A stretch of DNA of 64,000 nt from Oopsacas minuta (lineage: Eukaryota; Animalia; Porifera). Both the position numbers and the translations under genes were made by a program. Positions 55,501 through 64,000 of the stretch are shown here, piece after piece. Below the pieces are notes generated by a model. It made no database searches. It saw only the letters and a program-made list of their open reading frames with translations, and had not been told where the DNA came from. The number at the start of each line of letters is the position of its first letter. Position 1 is the stretch's first letter. The DNA is taken from positions 744,001-808,000 of the forward strand of contig JAKMXF010000365.1 of NCBI GenBank assembly GCA_024704765.1. Reading direction: 5' to 3'.

Positions 55501-57984
55501 TTGAGCATTCTTGATAGAAGTGCTAAGATTAGAGCGAGTTACACCAGTAGGATCCTTTCCCGGTATCTTGACGGTACAGTGTAGCAGGTTTATAGATTTA
55601 CCATTAATCTGGTTCATATAATCCTACAAAGACATAATAGTATAATCTATTGGAGAATTTTAGCAATACATCTCTTAAGAAATCATGTGAGTTATAATTA
55701 GTTTTGAATTTATTAATTAGTAAACTAACTAACGTGTGTAGTTGGGTAGTAAGTGAGTGTATTCTGTGTGAGAACTAGTAATTTCTTCTTCCAGTCCTTC
55801 TTCCGTTTATTACCACGTTTCAATATCTTACTCTATAAATATTATATAAATATTGCTCTACTCAACATACTAAACTAGACTTACCTCTTTAATAGGAATA
55901 TCTCTTCCTGTTCCTAGCAGTGGAACACCGTTTGAAATTTCATAATTAGATTTCATCTAAACAATAGGAAACACACATTATAAAGCCAGAAATGTTCAAG
56001 ATATGTATTATGGATTCTAAGGTAGACTCAGTATAAGAAGAGGGCCAAATGAATATTTTAATACGTTTAACACCTATTTTAACAAAACAACAAACAACAT
56101 GTCAACAACCTCTCATCATGTTATACATTATTCCAGCACATGGAATTTTCGCTAAAAATATTCAAACTAGGTTCAGATAGTCAGCCTATTATATTCTTAA
56201 AACAAAACATTATTAAAGATTCTACTCTTTGTCTGAAGCAGCCATTGCTTTAATTATTACCATATATATTTATAAGCATAGTAGCAGAGACATGTTTGAG
56301 TACGTGTTGAAAATCTTCTATGCTTATCCTTTTACGTATGATATATATCTACATATTCAACTGGCCTGATAAAACTTCTTGTTAACTTTCTTCCTCTTGA
56401 TAACTTGAGAGGAAGTACTCTCATGACTAGAAGGTAGACTAGACTGTCTCATTAGCTTGTAAGGTAATTGTCCATTCTCATCACTAGTTATCTCATCTAG
56501 GCGAGTGTTAACACTTGTACTCTTCTTAGTTCTGCTAAAATTGTATGTCATGTGTGAGAAGAGAATGGGTTTACAAGCTATACAACAGATACAGAGAACG
56601 TCAAATCAAGCCTATAATATAAATCTAATTACGTTATACGTTACATTACGCCAAATTATGGAAATTTAAATGTAAATCAGTGTTGACGCAATAATTTAAA
56701 GGAACAGAAGTAACAGACAGTAACTGTCATTATCAAACTATAAGTATGAGTGGATATATAACTAAGGATTCCAGGATATCAATTTTAATAATTATGAGAG
56801 TTAATATGCTTACCTCGATGGAAAGAAGATTCTACATTAATTCCATTCGCTGGGGTAACTTCTATGTAAGGAGAGTTATTCATGTGATTAGTAGCTAGAC
56901 TGATGGCCTCTGAGTGTGTAACACATCGCTGTAGAGAACTATCTGAATACAGTGATAAGATATAACAAATTCATAATCAGCTGATAATCATGACGTAAAT
57001 ATAGTGTTACCTTGTATTCCGATAAGGACAGTTGGAATGAGGCCCAGTCCTCGTCTAGATCTATACTCTAGCACCTGCCGATATGATGTGTAGATAGAGA
57101 TAAAACTTTCCATGTTCTCTAAACTGAACACAAACATCATTGTATCTGCCCAGATTGCTACCTAATGCGAGCTAGTAAACATAATAGAAAATGGGATAAA
57201 TGTTGTGTAAGCGTTACCTGTGTGGATGGTTCACCTGATATTTCCCGTATAAGCAATAGTTGGTTCTTACCCTCCATATAGACATCTTTCTTATGACGAA
57301 TTTCTAGAAATGTATATGAAGTATTCTACAGAAATTATAGTCTTAGTAAAGTTACTGACCTACTTCATCAGGTATTTCAACATCTAACGTCCCATAGAGA
57401 TATTTATTCACTAACAGAGACTTTCGAGATTCAACAGTACCTAATATTACCTGAAAATAACAGAATGAAGTGAATACAGCTGATATAAGATAATCTGTAA
57501 GATATCAATGTAACCAACCTACCAATCGTACGTCGTTCATAGTTCTACAGCTGTTCCATTCAGGTGTCAGCTTCAGATGCTCTAAAGAATAACATATACG
57601 TAGTTATGTTGCAGTGTATTTGTTGTTGTTAGAAGTTTGGATTTCTGCTAAAGTGATTATAACAGCTCAGAAATTGGTCTATGAGGCCAGTTTTGTACAA
57701 AATTCTGAGGCTACCTCTCCCCTTCCAAATATGATTATAAGAATTCGAAAGTAAATACAATAATCATGAATAATATTTCTTAGAAGGGATAAGGAAATAA
57801 TCAAAAACGTAAACTAGCATGCATTGAGAGTACCTTCCATTCTATCCAGTTCTTTGAGTATTTGAATATTGTCCTGCGGAGAAACAGAGTATAGTTTGGT
57901 CTCAATCAAACATCGTGTCTCCTTCCATTGATTGATAAGAGCATAGAAGTTCTCCACCTCTTGTCTAGCTGCTGTCTGGCACAT
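49625..57984 (-). CDS. AGAP1: AGAP / centaurin-gamma: GTPase-like domain, split PH, ArfGAP, ankyrin; about 18 short exons, mostly absent from the ORF track; hosts three same-strand genes
   Basis: Exons read on the minus strand: [13 protein letters not shown] (57984), [16 protein letters not shown]|[114 protein letters not shown]|[67 protein letters not shown], ankyrin ..LLLVW. Paralogue number is nominal. Confidence 0.9.
51217..51612 (-). CDS. NDUFA13: NADH dehydrogenase 1 alpha subunit 13 (GRIM-19), intronless, same-strand nested in AGAP intron 54609-51011
   Basis: [50 protein letters not shown]. Confidence 0.95.
   Translation of the reverse strand: MTDFLNRTRRVQDMAPKGGYSDIPFARVVRKRGPGGLTLLLGTLIIMSFGWVLVIRTNRERRMFRREMREARIALYPLFLAENDRNTLRGMKNFEDAELEIMKNVPGWRAGESVYYNTRWIKPIQINLETP
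51838..52404 (-). CDS. Divergent Arf-like small GTPase, intronless, same-strand nested in the AGAP intron
   Basis: MG myristoylation-type start, [49 protein letters not shown]3 reads RDFGGR instead of WDVGGQ. Confidence 0.9.
   Translation of the reverse strand: MGGVINRTLETHRERRIANYGTFRLLLFGLDEAGKTSILNYIKTNDCGHTEPTALFNVESLSLSGSLNVSVRDFGGRAEYRGQWVRSITGGDAVLYVVDSSDTQRIEESKLELEKLLDSIISVKIPLLILANKQDLPTALSEDEMKKLFVTQLLKQKDRLSGVYPISAVSGNGINELIVDMKRYFKSI
52466..52503. repeat. (CA)n microsatellite between the nested TRAF-like and ARL-like genes
   Basis: About 19 consecutive CA units read directly. Confidence 0.95.
52668..54029 (-). CDS. TRAF-family protein (RING, TRAF zinc fingers, coiled coil, MATH), intronless, same-strand nested in the AGAP intron
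   Basis: RING ([20 protein letters not shown]), TRAF zinc fingers ([36 protein letters not shown]), MATH ([18 protein letters not shown]). First ATG is at 54029. Confidence 0.9.
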   Translation of the reverse strand: MAGSGSPELRQLKLELNPLPLTTWDIDIPSVLLSVRVGNISGGYNPDIFDEMVEDFFLCHICKGVLKDALLTPCGHVFCKVCLYQAKFYSQHTETRCPLDNIPLSMDKITEEDFINRWVRQKRIQCPLKAKGCEWNGELGDCKRHLNTACQMFRIKCSQGCGAVVMRCEVDSHTTKQCLMRKVGCKYCTGEVCLGEMDKHWSTRCNMFPTPCPNNCQTLTVERRKMKRHLEDFCPLSVLPCKYQRYGCEHECSRREMPCHLSTDIQAHLEHLNIHTEVIEETHRTEVERLERRIYALEEMMSSVANRSPYIWQISGISTKMESGAIVVSPCIYTNNGMEFRLKMYCDGLDENYTSFISLVVCFSDNSIDTPLQLKLQISLLNQLSNTLHHVVETELEVIGTEEVVNPSLIQFKSHSQIRQSSYLFRYMQNDIIYIKVNATLISEAPRSWLKNV

Positions 57985-58979
57985 ACAGAGGTCCTGCTTA
58001 CACTACTGGCTATAATGTATTGATGACGTTTAAATGAAACTAACGAATTGAGAATCCAAGAAATTGATGTTTGGGGATTCTCAAGTTGGAACTTTTGGCA
58101 AAAAGAATTTCAAAAGGATTCTTAATTTCATGTGTACCATATACAATATATACTATCCATAGTAAATCAAAGAGCTCTAGCTTCAATTAAATCTAATTAA
58201 AGATGGCAACAAATTTGCAGATATAGTTGACTTCAACCCGAATTACAACCCAATCGTGCATCATGAACATATGAAAGGTTTGGGTAAGTTGGAGATAAAC
58301 TTTGCTAAATTAATTTCAAGAGGACAATATAAATTATTAGTCTATACCTCCCTCCATATAATTTAAATATTGTCCATTCCCCCTAATGAACCTATGAACG
58401 AACCTCTCTGGAGTAACCGCCAGGGCCAGGTTTCAAAAGGTAAAAAGAAATGCTTTGTGAACTGTTTCATGGACCATAATGCATAGGCACTCTTCAAAAT
58501 AAACAAAACTTGATAATAAGCGCTGGTGTAAGCGGTATTAGGGAACCTTGGATACAAAAAAAAACAAGCGATATAAGGATGGAAAGGCGAAATCGATAGC
58601 GTTTTTTGGAGGCTGTGGTCCTAAATCACTGGATCTCCATCACACTACACCAGGCCTAAAACACAAGCTTTTTTGGACCCTTTAGGCCCGTGTATATCGC
58701 TAGCATATCGGAAACTAATCCAGTTAAATAGAGCACCCTTACTAATTTCTCACACTAGCTATACTACGTCATAGATTGCTCGTTAGCACAAATATTTACT
58801 GTATTTGTTATCAGGACACCGTCACTCGCCTACACAGGCCTCAGAATATTTCACGTACTAGCTCTAAGATCCCGGGATAGTAGGGATAGCACAGAATACA
58901 TGAAGCGTCTAGTTATACACTTTGGATGATGAATTTAGAGCTACCATAACGTCACGTCCCATGTTTTAAGCATCTACAT

Positions 58980-59400
58980 TTTCCGGGACTGTCACGTCAC
59001 GCCCCAGAAATTAGCCACCGTAGAAATGTCATGACGATCAATCCTTTTTGCGGGAAGTCCAGCTTTTTCGGGCATATTTTCCGCGGCATATCTCCTACCA
59101 AAGGGCGGAATTGAAGAACGCGAACTTTGCTCGTGCTCATACTTTCCGAAATTACCGAGCTGCCGCTCGCCCTCGCGTTTGCTCATGTTTATAGATGAAA
59201 TCACCTCTTCACTTGTATTTAATGAGCGCCAGAAATACTCCTCCTATTAAAATATGCTCTCGCTCACACTGGCCTGCGATCTCGACTAAACTCGTAATAA
59301 CCGCTTCTGTGTATCAGATGTCCAGAGCCCAGAATAATACTATAAATATCTCGTCACGCCAAAAAGCTCAAAAAATCCCCGCTAAAATTCAACCTTCCAT
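58980..59400. promoter_or_regulatory. CpG-rich patch in the divergent region between the minus-strand and plus-strand arrays; candidate bidirectional promoter
   Basis: Visibly higher CG density than the flanking genes, located between the AGAP start (57984) and the MFF-like start (60125). Function is inferred from position only; it could instead be transposon-derived. Confidence 0.35.
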
Positions 59401-59424
59401 CTGGTTCTCATGTATGCCTCCTAC

Positions 59425-59919
59425 CAGGGTTTCATCCAGGCGCGTATTTTAAAAAGATATTATAGTTAAGCGCGTGAAAATTTTAACAGCTAGGCGCATG
59501 ACACGCGCCTAGGTTAGTATCGACAAATAATTTAATGGATTACGTCGATGTATAAATCCTATATAGTGAGTTGTATTACAGTTTATAAGATGAATTCAGT
59601 TGTTGAATTCATTAATATTGTAAAATAATTCTAAAAGGTATAATTAACGGGATGAAGCTTGATAAGTCACGATTGTATGTCGAGTCCTAATACTACTAGA
59701 TAGCAGATACTGTGATTATTCATAATCGTCTTGGGTTCATGCGCCAAAGCTTGAATACTTGGTCAATGAATACATCGAAATGAGAGTTCGGTAAAAGTTC
59801 TTGCAAATTCAAAGGCCAATTAATATCAGAGATTTTCGAAAATTCAAATTATCTAGGCGCGTAAGTGAAATCGAGGAATTATTTAGGCGCGCTACATTTA
59901 AAAGCTGGATGAAACCCTA
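59425..59919. mobile_element. Non-autonomous hAT element (495 bp)
   Basis: Terminal inverted repeats (C)AGGGTTTCATCCAG and CTGGATGAAACCCT(A); 8-bp duplication CCTCCTAC at 59417-59424 and 59920-59927; subterminal AGGCGCG repeats at both ends. Confidence 0.88.
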
Positions 59920-60124
59920 CCTCCTACACTCAGGAATTGCGTGACAGGCACATAGAATTACACGCATGTATACATTACATCATTCTGGAACAAAGATTTA
60001 TAATTGTTTCATAAATAAATATGCAAAGAAATACATTTTATGATTTATTATTGTGCTTTCCATATTTCCTTAGCTTATTTATATATACACACTATCCTTC
60101 CAATTCGTTATTTCATGTAACTAA

Positions 60125-60538
60125 ATGGAAGCTCCTGACGTAATCACTCTCAGACCCACCACTAACAACTACCCTACACAAGTCCTGAATCCACCTGACC
60201 TAACATATGAACCTAGGACCAGAGTCCTGATGGAGTCTCCTCCCCTTAACCTCACTGGTCACGACTTCCGTGACTCAGCGCTAACTGCAACTTCTTCACA
60301 GCAAGCTAGCTTTCAAGGTGACGTCACACGATCAGGAGAACTAGTAGGCAGTAGTCAGAGACAGGTCGATGTAAGAGAGAGTGAATTGGCCTCTTTGAAG
60401 CAGAGAATGTTCAAGCTCGAGGATAGACTACGTAGTTTGGAGTCGAGTGTGAAGTGGAATGGTCGGATAATGAAACTATTAATTTTAGCTGGTGGGTTGG
60501 CCGCCATCTACTGGGCTTTAACTAAACAGAAAAGCTAG
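60125..60538 (+). CDS. MFF: Tail-anchored coiled-coil protein, mitochondrial fission factor-like, intronless
   Basis: MEAPDVITL resembles the MFF repeat MQVPERIVV, and LMESPPLNLT resembles LKTPPRVLTL. Coiled coil LASLKQRMFKLEDRLRSLE, C-terminal TM and basic tail. Assignment rests on recalled motif similarity. Confidence 0.6.
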   Translation: MEAPDVITLRPTTNNYPTQVLNPPDLTYEPRTRVLMESPPLNLTGHDFRDSALTATSSQQASFQGDVTRSGELVGSSQRQVDVRESELASLKQRMFKLEDRLRSLESSVKWNGRIMKLLILAGGLAAIYWALTKQKS

Positions 60539-60899
60539 TTTCGATTAGACTATATTTGTAATCTTTACAATGCATATCTAGTTGTTATTCATAGTTAATA
60601 AATCTTGTTAAAATCTCCTATTTAATTATTTATGATATTGTCTACGCGTTTGAATGCCTTGTGTCATAGCACAATTATGCATAATTACTACTGTCCCACT
60701 TTTCCGGAATTTTGTTGAGTGTTAAATCTCGAAACGACAATTAGCAGAATTGTCCCGGATATTTCTAGGCCAGAGTCCCGCGAGGATATACTAATATATA
60801 TGTATACTACGTCACTCCATAATAACACTATCTCGTTAAAACCGCTCATAAACCACTATATATCTTTATTCATTAAGTTACTGAATTTTTGTCAGTTAG

Positions 60900-62537
60900 A
60901 TGGCTTGCAGTGGGATAGAGTCAAAACCTCTTACTTTCAAAGAGTTCTTAGAGAAGGTATCTTCTCCAACACCTGCTCTACCCACAGATGAAGGTACAAA
61001 CGAAGAGCCCCCTGTACAACTGAGAGCGGTCCGAATTGACCCATATGACGAAAGTGTCCCCCTGAGGCCCAATGAGATAGCTCCCTTTATAACCGCAGAA
61101 GCAATGGATTATATGCACAAACAAGGATGTCCTCTTTCTTATATTCCCTCCATTGTGTATGTCCTGAGAAATAAAATACTGAGTGATGATGCACTACAAA
61201 AATGTAAGATAGATAGACCTAAAGGTTTGCCTGATAAGATTAATTATGACAGATATCATGTTACTAAGATACAGGAATTGTTTGCATCAGCTCTCAGAGA
61301 GTTCTCTGTCTCCTGGCTAGCTGAGGACACTCAACCTCCACGTCCCTTAGAATGTAGCGGGCTTTCTGTCAGTGTACACTCAGACAGAGGGAAGCGTAGG
61401 AGTATGGAAGACAGACATTTTATCTGTCTTAACACAGACGCTTTACTTGGTAAGAAATGTTTGGATGATAATGTCGGTGCATTATGCTGTGTATTTGATG
61501 GACATGGAGGGTTTAATGCAGCTGAATACACATATCATCAGCTGTTTGACAGATTATTAACACATTCTGAGATTGATACTAATACACATAAAGCAATGAG
61601 AGAATCTTTCTTATCAATTGATCAGTCATTCCAGGAATTGAGTGAGTTAGAGAGATGGAAGTGTGGTAGTACTGCTCTAGTAGTTTATATGAGAGGTACG
61701 GATAAGATGCATGTAGGATGGGCAGGAGACTCACAGGCATTCCTCTTCAGACGGGAGGATATTGTTAAGGTAACTTTTATATATATTTGTCAATATTTAT
61801 TTCGCTTTTTAGACATCTTTACATACTAACAGAAAAACTTTCCTAATACGTATTTTGAAATACAGTGCAGTTTAGATATTTCGTATACAGTCAACTCCCG
61901 TTATAAAGAAGTTCAATGTACCCCGCTAATTGCTTCGATATATAAAACGGAGTTCGATATAACCGATGAAACTTATGCTACTTTGAAAACGGTTTGGTAT
62001 CACATTTGTATTATCTCTTATTTCGATATATCTGTATTCGATATAACTGGTGTTTACCTGTATTTACTACTTATTTATTCATAGATAATGACTCCACATA
62101 AACCAGAAGATGAGTCTGAAAAAGCTAGGATCGAGAAGGCAGGGGGAGTAGTAGTGTATCTAGGGGCTTGGAGGGTTAATGGAGTTCTTTCAGTAGCTCG
62201 TGCTATCGGAGATATACAACAAAAGCCGAGCATAACCGCTGAACCTGACATTAACACGATTGATTTAAACGGAGAAGAGGATTATCTTGTAATGGCTTGT
62301 GATGGGCTATGGGATGCTATTGATCCTGACAAAATCCCTACTTTAATTGACGAGCATTTCAAGAACGGAGGCTTACAGGAGGCTACTGCGGAATTTCTTG
62401 TAAAAAAGGCTCTCAAACACGGCTCTATGGATAACATTACTATTATTGTGTTATTTTTCCCAACCTACAAACCTCCCAAGAAACAATTGTCACAGCCAAA
62501 TAAGGAAATGAGCCTTGCAGATTATTTCAATAAGTAG
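60900..62537 (+). CDS. PPM1E: PP2C-family phosphatase PPM1E/PPM1F (POPX/CaMKP); exons 60900-61769 and 62085-62537
   Basis: RRSMEDRH, VFDGHGG, CGSTA, HVGWAGDSQ|..HKPE..EKARIEKAGG..WRVNGVLSVARAIGD, LVMACDGLWD, GSMDNIT. The GT-AG intron is phase 0. E versus F is unresolved. Confidence 0.92.
61888..62060. mobile_element. Tc1/mariner-type MITE (173 bp) in the PPM1 intron
   Basis: TA-flanked on both sides; imperfect inverted ends CAGTCAACTCCCGTTATA and TATAACTGGTGTTTACCTG. Confidence 0.7.
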
Positions 62538-63223
62538 TATATTTTCCTATTTATTGTACTGTAGATATCATTAATTTCTGTTTGTATTATAGTCTACAGC
62601 TGTGATTTTGCGATTATTGTAGTATGCTAGTTTTTTATTCTCTCGATTATACTTTGATCATTGATTATATTAATGGTATATCCTATATATGCTAATTGGA
62701 GAGATTGTTGTTTTGCTGAATTTTTAGGATTAATTATTTAATTTAAAGTAATTGTTATTATTTGTTAGTTAACAAACGTAGGAACCTTTCAAGACCTCGA
62801 TTGGGTATCGAGTATAGGGATTGAGATTCTTACAAATTTGTGTCTCTTTGTAAAATGCGATTAGAATCTGATTAGCGATTGCTAGTAAATGTGCTTCTAA
62901 AAGATGTACAATCGCCAGGACTTGGATGATTTTCTAAATTACGAATCATCTTAGATAAATTTTGTTAATCATTTCATCATAATATATATTTTAATATATT
63001 TTCCTTTATCTGCAAATCAGTCCTATTATCATCACTAAAATTGATATTTAAATATTGAATTATAGTTTGCTATTGGAAAGAGACAGATATGAAAAATCCT
63101 GTGTCATACATATCTTAAATTATGATATAATGAAACTCTCGTTAATATAACATATATATACTCTATTTACGCATTATCAGTTCTGCTCAATGCTTTGGAA
63201 AAATACAATTATTACTACTAACC

Positions 63224-63270
63224 CTATTACTATTACTATTACTATTACTATTACTATTACTATTATTACT
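63224..63270. repeat. (TATTAC)n hexamer microsatellite
   Basis: About 7 tandem TATTAC units. This explains the spurious ITITIT ORF at 63190-63384. Confidence 0.9.
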
Positions 63271-63523
63271 ATACTTGATTACTTTACTAGAAATGAAAAG
63301 GAAATTGACGGCCAAATAAATATGGTTTATTTATCAAATCATAGCTATTTCAAAAATTACTTACAATGCATTACAACACACTGAATTACAAAGCAATGAT
63401 TTTTCCAAACTTGAGATAGCGCCGGATTCATTCTCTTTCTAAGCGAAATACACACAAATCATTATTTACAGGGACAGATAAATACTTGTATAGAATGAAT
63501 GGAATCTACATAGTTTTCAAATA

Positions 63524-64000
63524 ATGTTTGTATCGTGGATTATAACGTCAATTTCAGTTGGCTTAGCATATATTGTCTTCCTAGTTGCATTCATATTCTG
63601 GTTTCTGTATCTGCTACATGACGTCATCAAGAGGAGAACTTGTTACAAATCTGCCTTGAGAAGTATCCAAGAATATACTGATCAGTATCAACAACAAGTT
63701 GTGTACCGAGCACAAACAGAATATGTTAAGAGTATATTCTTATCATCTATTAATATTGTGGAATGGATAGCTATAACATCAGGTGGAGCTGCAATGATAT
63801 ATTATTGCTTGAAAAATGAATTTATTTGTAGCAGAAAATTCGATGAATCAGTAAATTCTAGTAATCCATTGGACCATTTCACTAATGTCAGTGATTGTTT
63901 TAAAATTTTGTCCATTACTGATATACTGAATTCCCACATTTTCTCAGAACTACTCCTTACGGGATATAATTTCTTTCTATTGAGTATAACGTTAGTTGGA
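63524..64000 (+). CDS. 5' part of a multi-pass membrane protein (possibly 7TM-like); runs off the window end and is absent from the ORF track
   Basis: 159 open codons from the ATG at 63524: MFVSWIITSISVGLAYIVFLVAFIFWFLYLL (TM), HDVIKRR..., SIFLSSINIVEWIAITSGGAAMIYYC (TM), a Cys-containing loop, then LLLTGYNFFLLSITLVG. Confidence 0.75.
   Translation, partial: MFVSWIITSISVGLAYIVFLVAFIFWFLYLLHDVIKRRTCYKSALRSIQEYTDQYQQQVVYRAQTEYVKSIFLSSINIVEWIAITSGGAAMIYYCLKNEFICSRKFDESVNSSNPLDHFTNVSDCFKILSITDILNSHIFSELLLTGYNFFLLSITLVG

Noticed and set aside
58363-58700. Possible non-LTR retrotransposon 3' relic (CLC..HETV..F, weakly zf-RVT-like) on the minus strand
   Set aside because: Too short and disrupted; no reverse transcriptase motifs were recognised.
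63190-63384. ORF with an ITITIT repeat
   Set aside because: Product of a TATTAC microsatellite.

Overview
AT-rich, compact eukaryotic (animal) genomic DNA. No prokaryotic features, rRNA, tRNA or CRISPR array were recognised. Short introns, many intronless housekeeping genes and frequent nested genes suggest an early-branching animal such as a hexactinellid glass sponge; this taxon assignment is an inference. From 130 to about 57,984 twelve consecutive top-level genes all lie on the minus strand: VMP1, SDS, PUF60, an NHL-repeat gene, UPP, HPS5, AUH, CDC5L, an Ig/FN3 receptor PTP, ARAP, ERCC6 and AGAP. Many of the spacers are only 150-700 nt. After a roughly 2 kb divergent region containing a CpG-rich patch, three genes run on the plus strand: an MFF-like gene, PPM1E/F, and a truncated multi-pass membrane ORF missing from the ORF track. 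Seven intronless genes sit inside introns. Three are antisense (an atypical Rho in VMP1; two orphan membrane proteins in HPS5). Four are on the same strand as their host: YIPF1 in HPS5, and a TRAF-like / ARL-like / NDUFA13 cassette in one AGAP intron. Most start codons have a 3' splice-site-like AG 0-25 nt upstream. Together these suggest polycistronic, spliced-leader trans-spliced transcription with 'operons inside introns', which is the top hypothesis. Protein-level oddities are an HPS5 with a C-terminal RING-H2 finger, a receptor PTP whose D1 looks dead while D2 keeps Cys/Arg, and Rho and Arf-like GTPases with altered switch-II motifs. Exon boundaries were read by eye; those marked ~ are approximate.
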